64,000 nucleotides of DNA from Hemiscyllium ocellatum (lineage: Eukaryota). The position numbers and the translations under genes were made by a program. Shown piece by piece: positions 13,641-27,499 of the stretch. Location: contig NW_026867623.1 in the NCBI RefSeq assembly GCF_020745735.1, positions 248,001 to 312,000 on the forward strand. Reading direction: 5' to 3'. The notes under the pieces were generated by a model, which had not been told where the DNA came from, ran no database searches, and saw only the letters and a list, made by a program, of their open reading frames with translations. How positions within the stretch are numbered: the stretch's first letter is position 1; the number at the start of each line of letters is the position of its first letter.

Positions 13641-14927
13641 GTTCTTTTAAGGACCAAAGCTGCAACCTGAGCACGGAACCAGCGAATACGTTAAACATGT
13701 ACTTCATATCCGTCTTCAGCTTGGAGAAACAGTAACTGGATTCAGGAAAATGGATAGTTTGATCCTTGAGCATATTGATGCAGATGGTGGTGATTAATCG
13801 GAAATTTTGCTGAAATAAACAAATCCTCAAATCTGGCTGTGTTGCATTTTAGTCTGATTTTGGAGATTAGGGAAAAAAGTACATGCTCTGAAACATTTTT
13901 ATTTATTTTGTCTCTTGCGAAAAGGACAGCATCCAACGTAGTTTCCACTTTCACGCAGAGTGGTCGAAATAAACAGGGCGAAGAAATGCCACCAAGTCTC
14001 ACATCAGTGGGAAGGAAACAATTGGAGAATCTGAAAGCTATTGAGCCTGGATCGTGAGTATCTTCACGTCTGGAATTTTTTTTTTAATCATTGAGGGAAG
14101 CAACTGTTACGGGGAACCTACAGCAAATTTGAATTAAGGATTATCAGATCAAACAAAGTTCAATTTATATTCAGTGTATTCTACCTGAAGCGCTGTTGTT
14201 CGTATGCCTTATGGTATCAGTCTGTTCCGATTCCTCTGTTCGTGAGAACAACAACCTGTCTACTATTGGAGTGAGAATCACTTCGGAATGCAGATCACTG
14301 ATTCAATGAATTTATAAATGCTACACCAATAGCCATAAATACGTGAGAAGCAGAAATCCAATCAATATTTGGTAACGTTCAATGAAATTATTTCTCACTG
14401 TTTGAAACATTACAGAACTGTTTGGTTTGTCATGGCCCGGTTTGAAATATCTGTCTTTGGCAGATGTCTGTTGAAACTGCCTTTGCCTCTATCTATGGAA
14501 ATAATATATTTTCCAACATATTCATTCCCAAATAAAGAATCAATACTGCAGGCAGTCCTCCAGATGCAATCTGTCCAATTTCTTAATCCAATTGAAGCAA
14601 TACATCACTCTTCTTGTGCATAGATACTCTGACAATAAAGATTATTTTCCCACTTGATTTCCAAACAGATTGCTGACTTGTCTGTGAGACGTCAGCAGAT
14701 TATAGATAAGGACACTTTAAGTTTTATTGGCCTCTGTACTTTGCTCTTTTTTACGATTTATGAAATATACAGCTCCTCTATTGCTGCAACAATCTGGATA
14801 ACTTCACGTTTCCGCATCATATGTTATTAACATGATCGTTTCCACGTGGACGACTGTTCCGTCTTCACATATCTTTACACCCTCGGCACAGCACACATTC
14901 ACACAAGAATGATCTATTAAATCCTTC

Positions 14928-15132
14928 AGGAGAAAGTGAGGACTGCAAATGTTGGAGATCAGAGTTGAAAATGTGTTGCCGGAAAAGCGCAGCAGGTCAG
15001 ACAGCATCCAAGGAGCAGGAGAATTGACGTTTCGGGCATGAGCCTGAAGAAGGGCTCATGCCCAAAACGTCGATTTTCCTGCTCCTTGGATGCTGCCTGA
15101 CCTGCTGCACTTTTCCAGCAGCACATTTTCAA
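14928..15132. mobile_element. short fold-back Penelope-derived element with degenerate hammerhead core
   Basis: Inverted arms ~14963-15044 and ~15053-15134. CTGAAGA-A-GGGC tcat GCCC-AAAAC-GTC at 15044-15071 (G of GAAA mutated). 14-bp TSD ctat(t/c)aaatccttc at 14914-14927 and 15133-15146. Confidence 0.8.
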
Positions 15133-15919
15133 CTATCAAATCCTTCACTCTGTTTACTTGTCTTTTCGTGAATAACTAATCCATATGAGTACATTCATAA
15201 TGCTAGAATTATTAGGGTAGAGAAGCCGATAGTGCCATCACATGCTCTTCTAATGTACACCATTACCACCACCCTCCTGCTTTTCCTCTCTACACTACCT
15301 GACTCCTCCTGATATCAGTCTACATTTTTTACTTTTTTATTTGAAAAGCAGTATAACCATACTCGTTGAAGAACAACCTCCTCTGAGTAAATATATTCAG
15401 CAGAATCAAAGGAAATGAATTAAGTGCATCACCTCGTCATTCAAGTTGACTCTCGGTAGCCTTTTGCAGTCAACGTTCAGTTGACAACGTTCAGATTTTC
15501 CATTCTTCATCTCACTTGTTACCTATTTTAATTGGTGTTGTTTAATTCTCTGTTGACACCTTAATACTTAAGATGGAAATACATTTGCTACGGAAAGGTC
15601 GTGGCAGATTTGCGCCAAAGGCCCGTATAAGGAATTCAGAACTTAATCAGACACACCCTCTGTAAATTAATGAACAGGCACAAGGGGCTCAAGAGCCTTG
15701 TCATGTTCCTATGGTCTTGTGTTTCACTTTCCAGTTCCACGACAGTCACGCAGTCAATTGCAAACTAATTTCAGCAGAAAATTATTAAATTAAATTAAAT
15801 TAAATTTCATGGACTGTCTGATTGGCAGTACCAATTCTTTCGTGACAAAGAAAAAGCTGAGTAGCTACCTGGAAGAGTTACGCTGTTCATGTATAAGGTA
15901 GGGGACATTTGCAGTCCAG

Positions 15920-16330
15920 CTTGTTTGCCATCACATCCACAACATACACTGCCTCTACCATCAACTCCCATAGAAGCAACATGTACCAACTACAAGATTT
16001 ATTTCAGGTAATTACAAATGTCTATGCGACAGGTCCTCAAAGCCACATCCATCTGGAGTGGCAAGGACAACAGACAAGTAGGAACACCTGCAAATTATAC
16101 GGAAAGCCAATATCCATCCTGACATGGGATATATCTTTATTTCATGTATTTCACTTTATGAAAATGCTGGAAATCATTCTCTAACATTATTGTGGATGTG
16201 CCTGCACCAAACTGGCTACAATAGATCAAGTAGGCAGCACACGACAACCATGTCCAGAACAACTGTAACCTGTGCAATAAAAGATAGCTCAGCCAGAAAT
16301 GTCTGAAACCTATCAATGAATAATAAAATA
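15920..16330 (+). mobile_element. 3' end of a second APE-RT LINE family (same family as 41240-42890)
   Basis: Similar to 42520-42890 (catcacatccaca, catcctgacatgg blocks); ends in aatgaataataaaa. Confidence 0.5.
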
Positions 16331-16559
16331 ATGTTTCTCTATTTCGAATCTAGGTTTCCATTGCTGAGTTTGTGAAATGTTTATCTTGTTCTTAAGTTTC
16401 AGGAAATGAATAAGCGATTTGATTGAAATGTAAACTATTCCAAATGGCAACCGCTAAGAAATTATTTGTGAAAGTGTGGAAGTCCAAAACGAGGACAGAA
16501 TCTCAAGAAAAGGGACAACTTATTTGTGACTGAAATCATGTGAAATCAGTGAAAAGTTC

Positions 16560-17730
16560 ACAGAAATATGGAGGTCATCAGTTTTGCAGCTGGTCACAGA
16601 GATATGGGAGCAGAAGTGCCGGACGATGTTACAGATATGAAGAAGCTGTAAAAGAACAGAGAGAGTGCCTCTATCGGGATGGTTGTCTCGGCCGGAAGTT
16701 AGAGAAGTCTGTAGAAACTCAAAGATTTACAAAAATATCGGGAGGACTAGACGAGCTTGAGGAGTTCATAGTGGTAGCAATGTATGTAATAGCTGGAATG
16801 TGTTCCAGAGATATGGAGGGATACCATGCTGAAGGAATCCACAGTGATATGAAGGGGTGTAGATGCTGATGATCGGTGGGTTGGAGTGGTGGAAGATGCA
16901 ACGGTTGGAGGAGGTTACAGAGATAAGGAGAAGTGTTGCGATTAGAGAATGTTACAGAGATAGGAAGCTGTGTACCGGCTAAAGGAGATAATAGAAATAA
17001 GGAGGTTTGTTGCGGCTGGCTGAAATTCCAGAGTTAGCTCGGGTTTAGGGAACTGGAGGATTTTATACAGATAGAGAAACGTGGATGGTTGAGAGGAGGT
17101 TACACACATTCGTAAGTGACTCTGGTCTGTAGAGGGTTTCACATATTGGCAGGAGTACATGGATAAAGTCGGTATATGATATAGAGAAGGAACTCGGGAC
17201 TCGAGAATATTAAAGACATAAGGAGGAGGTATCGGTATCGAGAATGTTTCAGAGAGGGAGAGAGGGATGCATGGCCGGGAGGACAGTGTAAATGTCGGGA
17301 GTGTTGGACAATCTGCTGGAGGTCACAGAGAAAGGCTGTTGTGCAAGTGATGGAGAAGTTTATAGAGAGATAGCGACAGATGTAGGTACTCGAGGAGTTT
17401 ATGATGGTGTTAATGTCAGAGGAGCAGTCTGGTACAATGATGGGATGCGTTATGCAGGTTATGACAGATATAGGGAGGTGTGTAGGTGTTGAAGCAGAAT
17501 GCAGAAAGAGGAAGAGATACATGGATTGGAGAAAGCTGCAATTAGCTGGAGGGATATAGATGTTGGAGGAGGTGACAGAGAGAAGGAGGATAGTAGGTTT
17601 AGAGGAAGGTACAGAAAAAGGGACGATAGTAAAATCGGCAGAGAATTAAATCAACGATGAGGACTGAATGACATGTGGCCGTTACAGAGATAAGAAGGAT
17701 TGTTGGAGCTGGAAGACGTTGTGGAGGTAT
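16560..17730 (+). repeat. degenerate purine-rich tandem repeat (ggaggaggttacagagatagggag-like units)
   Basis: Recurrent tacagagata(g/a)g and ggaggagg motifs throughout, e.g. at 16908, 16950, 17093, 17565. Confidence 0.7.
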
Positions 17731-17734
17731 ATAG

Positions 17735-19990
17735 CATAGAACTGTATGACAAACGACAGGCCCTTCTGCCCTCAACGGTTGCGCCGACCTTTTATCCTAC
17801 CCTAAAGTCACACTAACCAGCATATGCTTCATTCCTTCGTCATATATGTGTTTATCCAAGAATCGCTTAAATATCCCTAATGTATCCTACGCTACTACTA
17901 CTGTTGTAAATGCATTCCACACATAATCCACTGTCTGTGTAAAGACCCTACTTTTGGGATCTCTGCTAAACTTCCCTCCAATCACTTTAAAATTATGCCT
18001 CCTTGTGATAGCCATTTCTGCCCTGTGAAACCGTCTCTGAGTGTTTACTAGACCTATGCCTCTTATCATCTTGCACAAATCTAGCAAGTCACCTGTTCTG
18101 CGTAGTCACTCCAGAAAGAGAAACAATATCCTTCAACCTCTCTGTTTGAGGCATGCCCTCGAGTCCAGGCAGCATCTGGATAAGTCTGCATTGAATATTC
18201 TCTGAACCTTTAACATCTTTCCCAAAGTTACACGACCACAACTGAACACAATATTTCAAGCGTGTTCAAGGGGCTTCATGGATCTGTAGCATAGCCTTGT
18301 GTCTCTTAAAATCATTCCATCTACTCATGAAGGCCACCACACTATACGCCTTCTGAAAAACCCAAGAAACTTGGGTGGCAAATTTGAGGGATCTATGGGC
18401 GTGGAGATCGTTCTGTTCCCTAACGTTGCTTAGAAACCTAACTTCAATACTGTGATCTGCACTGAAATTCCACCTTCCAAAAAGAATTAATTCACGTGTT
18501 TCCAGGTCGCACTCCATCGTCCAATTATCAGCCATATTCTGCATCCTGTCAATGTATCATTGAAACCGACAACAATTCCCCAAATTCTGCACAACCCTAC
18601 CAGGCATCATGTTACCGGCAAACCTATTATCCCATTCTTCCACTTCTTCATCCAATTCATTCATAAAAATCGCAACACGTTGAAGTTCTAAACAGATCCC
18701 TGCAAAACACTGCAAGCCATTTTCTTGCTCCTCACGTAGGTGCAGAATGCCGTGGGGTTTTCCTTAATCTTCCCATTTTTTCGTGTGTTCTTCTAGCTCC
18801 GAGTAGTCCAATCATCAGATCCTTCGCGGCTACCTTCAAGCATTTTCGAGCTCTGTCTAACCATTGCCACCTTAGAAAAGATACCTTCTTCCTTTTGACG
18901 AAATGTCCACATGTCAGGTGACCGTTTTGAGATCCACGACACACAACATACTTAACAAACGTTGGGGCCTGCATTTGTCTAGAGGAGAGAGTGAGCAGCA
19001 GAGGACAGCTGGAATGTGAAAAAAACCGAGTTCCAGGCTGAATACTTTCCATCTACTAATTCTTTCTTTCTTCTGTGGGCCTGCCAAATCTGTATCCAGA
19101 TAACCAGATTTCCATGCATTCGACGCCTACTTACGTTCTGAATGAGCTTACCCCTGGGAACATATTCAAAAGTCTCACAAAATCCACATACAACAAATCC
19201 ACTGCTTTAGCTTCATCAACTAGCTTTGCCAAATTCTCAAAGAAGTCAAACGTGAAGCATGACTTGTCCCTCGCAAAGCCATGCTGACTGACACTAATCA
19301 CACGATGCTTTTCCAAAGTATGATAATTCCTTCTTCTCAGAATCACGGTTTAGAATTTGCCGAACACTGATGCAAGACTGAAAGGTGTAATGATGAGAGC
19401 CGTCCCTATTTTCTTTCTTTGAACAAGTAAACAACATTTGTCTGGCACTACCAATCATCTGGACCTACTCTATTGCACGGTGAGAATCCAAAGATCTTCG
19501 AGAAATGCGCAGCAATCTTTTCTCTCGGTTCCTGTAGTAACCAAGGCTACATCCGATCTGGTCCAGATGATTCATCTGTACTCAAGTGCTGAAACACTTC
19601 CAGCACATCCGTTTTCTGAATAGAAACGTTTTCGAGCAGATCAGCCTGTTTCACGCTATCCTCACAAAAAGACAAGGTCCTCCTCAGTAGTAAATAATGA
19701 GCCAGGATAGTCAATAAACACTTCCACTCTGGCCTTCAACTCCAGGCACAAATTCCCTTCACTATCCCTGATCGGCACTTACCTCAATCTGGCCATTCTC
19801 TTGCTCCTCGCGTTGGTGCAGAATGCCTTGGGGTTTTCCTTCATATTCCCATTTTTTCGTGTGTTCTTCTAGCTCTGAGTAGTCCATTCATCAGATCTTC
19901 CCCGGCTACCTTCTTGCATTCTCGAGCCCTGTCTGATCACTGCCACTGCAACTTTACCATCTTCCTGTTGACGAAATGTCCACATGTCAG
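17735..19990 (-). mobile_element. CR1-type LINE, decayed and rearranged
   Basis: TRRHNFKV...WNAF (ORF 17887-18087); SQHGFARDKSCFT..VDLLYVDF (19131-19346). Confidence 0.85.
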
Positions 19991-20101
19991 CTGACCGTTT
20001 TCAGATCGTCGACACACAACAGACTTCACAAACGTAGTTTCCTGCATTTGTCAAGAGTTGAGAGTGAGCAGCAGAGGACATCTGGAATGTGAGGAAAACC
20101 G
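18721..20101 (+). repeat. ~305-bp direct repeat, copies at ~18721-19028 and ~19796-20101
   Basis: Both copies read cttgctcctc.cgt.ggtgcagaatgcc...ttgacgaaatgtccacatgtcag...gagagtgagcagcagaggaca.ctggaatgtga..aaaaccg. Confidence 0.85.
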
Positions 20102-23100
20102 TTTAAAAACTTACATCAGGCGTCAGGGCCTCCATTTGTCAAGAGGTAAGAATTAGGAACGCTCTCTGTTTTCCAAGGAGCAACAGAGAGGGAGACCAAA
20201 ACGAGGAGCAAAGGACTGTTGGGAATATATTTTGGCACAGTCTGAATCCCGAGGCACAAGACTTGTTGTGTCTCCCACCAGTCCTTCTCTCTAACCAATA
20301 AAAGGACTCTCGGAGTGTTGCTGAGATAAAATGTTTTATTTATATTTCTTGTGCATCACGTGATAGATTAAAAGTTTGCTTTTAGTTGGTTAGTTGATTT
20401 GGAATATAGAGGAGGTCTAGAAATAATTTAACTCATAAATTGGTGTAAATTAATCAAATAAGTAGAAATGGCTGTCCAGGTGATGTGCTGTATCTGTATG
20501 ATGTAGGAGTTGGCTGATCCCTTTGTGAACAGCAGTGACCACATCTGCGGCAAGTGTTTGTTGGTGAAAGAAATACGGATCAAAATGGATGATCAGGATC
20601 CGAACTTCAAACACTGAGGCACATCCAGGAGGGGGAGAGTTACATTGACGCATTGATTTAGGAGGTAGTCACAACCGGAAAACCAAGTTATTCAATCTCA
20701 GTTAATGGTCAGGGGCAACAGGGTGAGATTGTAAGTGAGGCAGGTAGGAGGATTCTGAGGTCAGGATTGGAGGAGGCTCAGCTCTGGGCCATGTCCAATT
20801 GGTACGAGACTTTGCCAACTGTATGGATGGGGAAAAGGGCTGTGGACAGGATGAGCCAGCTGACCAAAGCACCATGTTGCCAAAGGCCGTACAAGAGAGG
20901 GGAGCAAAAAGACAAGTAGTTATCATTGGGGATTCTGGAATGGGGGGACAGATAGAATCCTTTGCGAGCCAGACCAGGAGTCCTGCGTGGTGTGTTGCCT
21001 TCCGGTGCCAGGGACCAGGACATATCCGACCGGTTGAAAGGATTTTGGAGCGAGAGGGGATGGATCCAGTTATTGGGTGTCATGTTGGCACTAACAACAT
21101 AGATACGACTAGGAAGGAGGACATGTTTGGGGATTATGAAGCACTAGGAAGACAATTGAAGGGCAGGTCCTCAGGGGTCATAATCTCTGGATTACTACTC
21201 GTGAAAGGAGTTATTTGGCATAGACATAAGAATATAAGAGAAGTAAAGACGCGGCGAAGAGGCTGGTGAAGAAAGAGGGATTCAATTTAATGGGATATCG
21301 ACATCAGTTTTGGAACAAGATGGCACTGGTGGGACGGCCTTCACTGATCTAGAACCAGTTCTGGCGAAAAGGATAATTACGGTGGTCACTAGGACGTTTA
21401 TGTCGAAAATCGGGGGCAAGGGATTAGGAAAGCAACAGGGGGAATGGAGCTAATCAGAAAGATAAGAAGCAGGATAGCATGTGTCCAGAGTTTATGTTCA
21501 AGGCAGGCTAGGAATGAAATAACAAAGAATGATCACTTAGGACATATGATTCGAGATGTTGTAAAACATGGAGATAACGAAATTAGCGTTATGGCGCTTT
21601 ACCACAATGCTCATCGTATTCGCATCAATACAGAAGATCTAATGGCACAAATCACCGTGAATTATTCTGATGTGATAGACATCACAGAGACGTCGTTGCA
21701 GTGAGTTCAGGATTGGCAATTAAACATTCAAGCATTTACAACCTAACGAAAAGACAGGAAGCTAGGCAGAGGTGGCGGGTTGCCTTGTTAATTAAGAATG
21801 AGCTTAAATTTACAGCCCTGAGTGACATAGCGTCAGATGATGTGGAGGTGAGGATCCACAAAAGCCAAAAAAGAACCTGAATTGGAATTATGCGCAAACT
21901 TCCCAGTAGTGGTCAGCACCAGGTACGGAAGGTATACCAGGAAATGCATATGGCATTTTATAAAGGCAATGTCACAGAGATCACGGTGGACTTCAATATG
22001 GAGGTGGACTGGCTGAATAATATTGCCGGTGGATCCAAAGATAGGGAATTCATGAAATGCTCACAGGATGACGTTTTGGAACAGCTTGTAATGGAGCACG
22101 AGGGAGCAGCCTATTCTAGACTTAGTTAAACTTAATGAACCAAACGTTACAAAAGATCTTAAAGTAAGGGAACAGGCAGGAGACGGCGATTATAATAATG
22201 GTAGAGATCAGGCTGCAGATTGAAAGGGAAGGCAAAATTGGATGCAATGATATGACAGTTAAATAAAGGTAATTACAGGGGCATGAGAGAGGAGCTGATG
22301 AAGATCGACTGGCAGCAGAGCCCAGTGGGAAAGACAGTAGATCAACAATTGCAGACTTTCTGGGTGTAATTTAGTACACAGTGCAGAGTTGAAAATGTGT
22401 TGCTGAAAAAGCGCAGCAGGTCAGACAGCATCCAAGGGGCAGGAGAATCGACGTTTCGGGCATGAGCCTTTCTTCAGAAAAGAAATTACTGAAGAAGGGC
22501 TCATGCCCGAAAAGTCGATTCTCCTGATCCTTGGATGCTGCCATACCTGCTGCGCTTTTTCAGCAATACATTTTCAACTCTGATCTCCAGCATCTGCAGT
22601 CCTCACTTCCTCCTACACAGTACAGAGATTCATCCTAAAGAAAAGAATGGTTATCCAGTGAGGAGTTAGACAGCCATGGTTGACAAAGGAAGTGAGAAAA
22701 TGCATCAATGAAAAAGAGAGGTGTTATAATGTCGTCAAGATCAATAGGAATTCAGAAGATTGCGAAGACTGCAAAAACAAGCAGAGGATAACAAAGAGAG
22801 AAATAGGGAAGGAGTGGATAAAATATGAAGGTAAACTAACCAGAAATATTAGAAATGATACGTGAGATACAAACAAGAGGCAATAGTAGAAATTGGGCCC
22901 CTCCAAACTGATGCTGGAATGTAGTGCTGGGATTTTGGGAAATAACTGAAGAACTTAATAAGTACTCTGTGTCATTGTTCACAGTGTAAAACAAGAGTAA
23001 TATCCCAACAACTCGGGCGAGTCAGGAAGCAGAGTTCAGTATGATAGCCATTACAAAGGAGAAAGTGCTAGAAAAGCTAAAGGGTCTAAAATTGATATAG

Positions 23101-24655
23101 GCTACATCCAAGAGTTCTGAGAGAAGTATCTGAGAAGGTAGTGGAGGCGCTGTTAATGATCTTTCACAAATTACTGGAGTCAGTGTAAAGTCCCAGATGA
23201 TTGGAATACCGCTGTTTCAACCTGCTTGTTCAAGACAGGATCAAGGCCAGAGATGGAAAATTATATGCTGATCAGCCTAACCTCGGTTGTCAGTAAAATT
23301 CCAGAATCCCTCATTAAGGATGACATTTGTGAAATCTAGTAGGTCCAGGGTCAGATTAGAAATAGTCGGTATAGATTTGTCAAGGGGCGGTCGTGCCTTA
23401 CAAAACTTTTAGAATTCTTTGAAGAAGTAACAAGTAGGTTAATATGGGAAACCCAGTGGATGTTATCTGTCTGGACTTCCAAAAGGCATTTGGTAAGGTT
23501 CCTCACCGGAGGTTGCTGAGAAGGTGAGGAAACAATGGTGTTCGAGGTGAGCCACTGACATGAATTGGGATTTGGTTGTCTGACAGAAGGCCGAGAGTTG
23601 GGATACAAGTTTCTTTTTCGCAATATCAACTGGTGACAAGTGGTGCCCCAGAGGGTTAGCGTTGGGGCCGCAGATGTTCACTATATATATTAATATTTCG
23701 GATGAAAGGACTGGGGCATTCTGGCGAAGTTTGCCGATGATAAGAAGTTAGTCGGACAGTCAGGATGTACCGAGGAGGCGTGGAGGCTGCAGAAAGATTT
23801 ACACAGTACAGGAGAGTGTTCTCGAAAATAACTGATAAAGTTCAACGTGAGCACGTGTGAGGTCTTGCACTTTGGAACAAAAGATTGCTGGCATAGGTTA
23901 CATTTTTTTTAAATTGTGAGAAAATTCATGAAGCCAAAGTACAAGGGGATCGGAGAATACTAGTGTAGGATTCTCAACAGATTGGTTTGCAGGTTGAGTC
24001 CGTGATTAAGAAAGCAAATGTAATTTTGTCATTTTCCTCAAGGCGGTTGGAATGTAAAAGCAGCGACGTGCTTCTGAGACTTTATAAAGCTTTTGTTAAG
24101 CCTCATTTAGAGTAGTGTGTCCACGTTTGGGCTGCACAGCTCAAGATGGACGTACTGGCACTGGAATGTGGCCAGCCCACATTCACCTGGATGATCCCTG
24201 AAATGGGATATGAAATATGAAGAACGGCTGAGGATCCTGTGACTCTCTTCATGAGAGTTTGGAAAATTGAGGAGAGACCTGATGGAAACTTACAAAGTAA
24301 TGCATGGCTTAGAGAGGGTGGACGCTGGGAAATTATTGCCATTTGAGGGTAGATTGGGGCCCATATGCAAAGCCTTAAAATTAGAGTGGGTGGCATTGAA
24401 ATGGAATTGAGGAAACATTTAATCAGCAAGAGAGTGGTGGACCTACGGAATTCATTGCCAGGGAGCGTAGTGGAAGCGGGATGTTGGGTGCCTTCAAGGC
24501 ACAGATTCATAATTTTTTGATCTCGCAAGGAATTGCGTGTTCCGGGGAGACTGTGGGTGAGTGGAATTGAAACGCCCATCAGCCATGACTAAATGGTGGT
24601 GAAGACTTGCTGGGCCGAATGGCCTTGATTCCACTCCCCTGTCTTATGGTTTCAC
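20030..24655 (+). mobile_element. near full-length decayed CR1 LINE (5' UTR, ORF1 with Cys motif and SGNH esterase, ORF2 APE-RT, 3' UTR)
   Basis: ORF1 start MAVQVMCCICMM...ICGKC at ~20468; VVIIGDS...HVGTNNI (ORF 20799-21269); ALYHNAHRI...ITETSL endonuclease; RT remnants 23250-23900; 3' UTR to ~24655. Confidence 0.85.
22389..22613. mobile_element. short fold-back Penelope-derived element with two opposed hammerhead cores, inserted in CR1
   Basis: Inverted arms. Minus-strand core CTGAAGA-A-AGGC tcat GCCC-GAAAC-GTC at 22448-22477; plus-strand core at 22489-22518 (GAAAAGTC). 14-bp TSD tacacagt(g/a)cagag at 22375-22388 and 22614-22627. Confidence 0.85.
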
Positions 24656-24659
24656 GTCT

Positions 24660-25090
24660 CACCCCACTCGTGACACTCTCATATGCCACAGTAGTAAGTG
24701 AAGCACTAAATCCAATATCACCGTGCCTCGAGTCGGCTTTCTACACATTGAGTTAGGAATCCTACTGGGAACACCTGACGAATTTACTCCATGTATTTGA
24801 ACTAAGGAGAGTGCAATCAATCTCAGGAAGCTGAAGCCAGCCATGACAACAACATTTGCCTTCGTTTCCATGGCAGAGTCTGTAAAATATCCCCAACGAA
24901 GTGACTGCTCCTTTCCTGTTTCTGACTTCCACCCATATGGACTCTGTAAACAAACCAAACACTAAGATCTCCCTTTCTGCAGCTGTGATACTATCCTTGA
25001 TTAGCAATGCAATACCCCCACCTTTTAGTACATACAGACCTATTCCTTTCGAAATGTCTAAACCCTGGTATATCGAACAGCCAGTCAAAG
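24660..25090 (-). mobile_element. CR1 endonuclease fragment
   Basis: GGGIALLIKDSI...TESIWVEVRNRKGAVTSLGIFYR (ORF 24762-25097); PTRGTVILDLVL. Confidence 0.8.
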
Positions 25091-27499
25091 CCATCAATGC
25101 CTACTCCATTTTATTTCAGTCTGCTTAAGAGCTTCATAGTCCATCTTGTTCACTTCCATACCTCCGTCTTCCTTTGTCCAATTAAACAGATTTGAAGCAC
25201 TCTTGTAACAAACTATCAAGTTCTACAGCTACATGTACGGATTGTCCCCTTGGTTTCTCATTGGCGCTCATTGGCCCCCCCGTTGTTCTGTTCCGCTTGA
25301 AGTATATGCAGAATACTTTGGCATTCTTGTGAAATTTGACTGCTTGCATTTGTCCATGCTCCGATGATAGTCAGTCGACTCTGTGTGAATTTTCACTGCC
25401 ATCGCCTCTGATATTTTTGAATCACAAGTAAACAGAATTTTCACATGCGAAAATCTTGGCTCTATGAAGACAGACATGAAAGTGACTGTTTAGATTCACT
25501 TTAAATTCGCAATCCTCTGCGAAAATAATGATGCAATCCGGATATTCACAATTCCACATTTGCCCCTGCATTCACTTACCTTTCAAATATTGATGGAAGC
25601 CTTTGTACGACCAAGTGTTTGTTGCTGGTTTGAATTTTTCTTCCTTTTCTGGTCCTAATCAGATAATTAGTCGCCTGTTGCTGTGTCCGAAATGTCTCCA
25701 CATCCATGATTTTCACAATATCTGGCATGTCTGTGAGCCGCTTCCTTTGATCTAATGCAATCTTTAACTTGTATCGTTAAATATCGTTAAGCCATCTAAC
25801 TATTTTCTTGTTTGTACTGACCTGGGTATATGTGTATTGTTCATATTACACTGTTTATTTTTAAAAAGCCATTGTTTACCTGCCATTATTTTTTTGAAAA
25901 TCCTTTTACAGAAGTCAATTTGCCTCACACAACTTCATGGCTTGCATGACTCAAGTTTATAATCGTAACTTCAAATAAAAACAAATGTTTTATATTTAGG
26001 CGTCTGTTAAAAATCATTATGTTGTGATCGCTGTTCCCAAAATGCATTCCACCCCAAGGTTTTCGGTTAGCTCCTCTGAACAATTCCTACATAGCTTGTT
26101 CTCCAACTTAGTGGCAACATATTGTTAACTTAAAACATCGAACACATGCTCAACAGAACCATTTCACCCATCATGAACATTCGCTTGGATTAGCACAGCT
26201 TAGCTGCAATTTGAAGCTCTCCATTATTCATGCAGTACCCACAAACGTATATACATACTTTTCTGATTTATATCTTACGCAAAGTTTGCATTTCATTTTT
26301 CATTTTGACATAAAACTTTTAACAATGTTTACTTTATTTTGGTGTTTCTCAGCAACACGTGATAGATTCTGTGGAATCTCTGAAATGTTGTTTTGGGTAG
26401 TTTAATGGGAGATTCGGGCGAGATATTTTGCGAGGTCGATCTCGACGTTGAGCTCAACGCTCCTTATTCGTTCTTTCCAAGCATCATTGAAACATTTTCA
26501 CCAGAAGTTCCCATATGCTGACTGTGAAGAGAAGAACAATTAACTCTTTGAACAATACTGTGTATTCCTACATGCAATGAACACTGATTGACCCGAAGTG
26601 GGAACCCTACAGCAGGCTGGCAAAGTGTTGTCGCTGCTCTACGGGAACTTGGTGAGAACACACCTGTAGTATTGTGCACAGTTTAGTCTCCCTCGCAGAG
26701 GAAAGGATATTGTACCATTGGAAGCAACTCAGAGTGGGTTCCCTCAAGTAATTCCTGAAATGATGTCGGTCACCTGTAAGGAATAGATAATCAGGTTGAT
26801 CTATTGCCAATTCGAGGTTCCAAGGATGAAACATTCTCGTACTTTTCCCCACCAAACACCGGAAGGAGTTAGCAACAGATGCTAATTACAGGAGGAATCC
26901 ATCGCGCTTCTCGAGCCTGTTTCACGTAACAGCAGAAGTACATGCAGAACTTTATGCTAATACAGAGGAACTGGACGAAGCTGTGCAGCCCCTGGATCCC
27001 GCGTTACAGTTACAGGAGAAGGACAGGAGACAATGAAGCACATTATCCTGTAACACGGCAAGAGAAAGATCCTTCTCAGGTCTGTAACACAGGAACTGGA
27101 AGAGGCTGAACAGTGATATGAGATTAGTACGCTGGGACAACAGAACGCCATTTAGCGCACTAAGCCTGTTGCATGGGAATTAGAGACGGCGAAAAACCTA
27201 TGTGAGAATTTTTATGGGAAAGGCGGAGGTAAATCAGCTTCGTGTCTGTTGTATGGAAACCAATCACTCCCACGATTACATTTCAGGCATGCAGGAAAAC
27301 ACTGTTCAGTTTCGCCAGCTGTTATGGATTGACAGGATGAGACCCTTCAGCCCCTCAAAATGTTACATAGTAACAAGAAAATTCCATGAGTCCTTGAAAC
27401 TCATGCAAATCAACAGGAGAAAAGTCGACGTTAGGTTAACTAGAGTGTGGAAATAGGCCATTCGGCCAAGAAATCTACACCAGCACTTGAAGAGTAACT

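Noticed and set aside
16560-17730. Purine-rich repeat as a primitive Ig switch region
   Set aside because: It is G-rich on the template strand relative to the minus-strand Ig cassette (wrong polarity), has no adjacent C exons, and looks like a generic degenerate satellite.
25580-25751. Apparent open phase-1 exon (ag...gtaag) on the minus strand ~6.3 kb downstream of JH, where C-mu1 might be expected
   Set aside because: Not Ig-like. The sequence and its flanks read as decayed CR1 ORF2 (KGFHQYLKGK-type motif), so the splice sites are probably fortuitous.
26400-26700. Death-domain-like peptide (WQSVVAALRELG)
   Set aside because: An alternative frame is the CR1 motif LLYGNLVRTHL*YCAQF.
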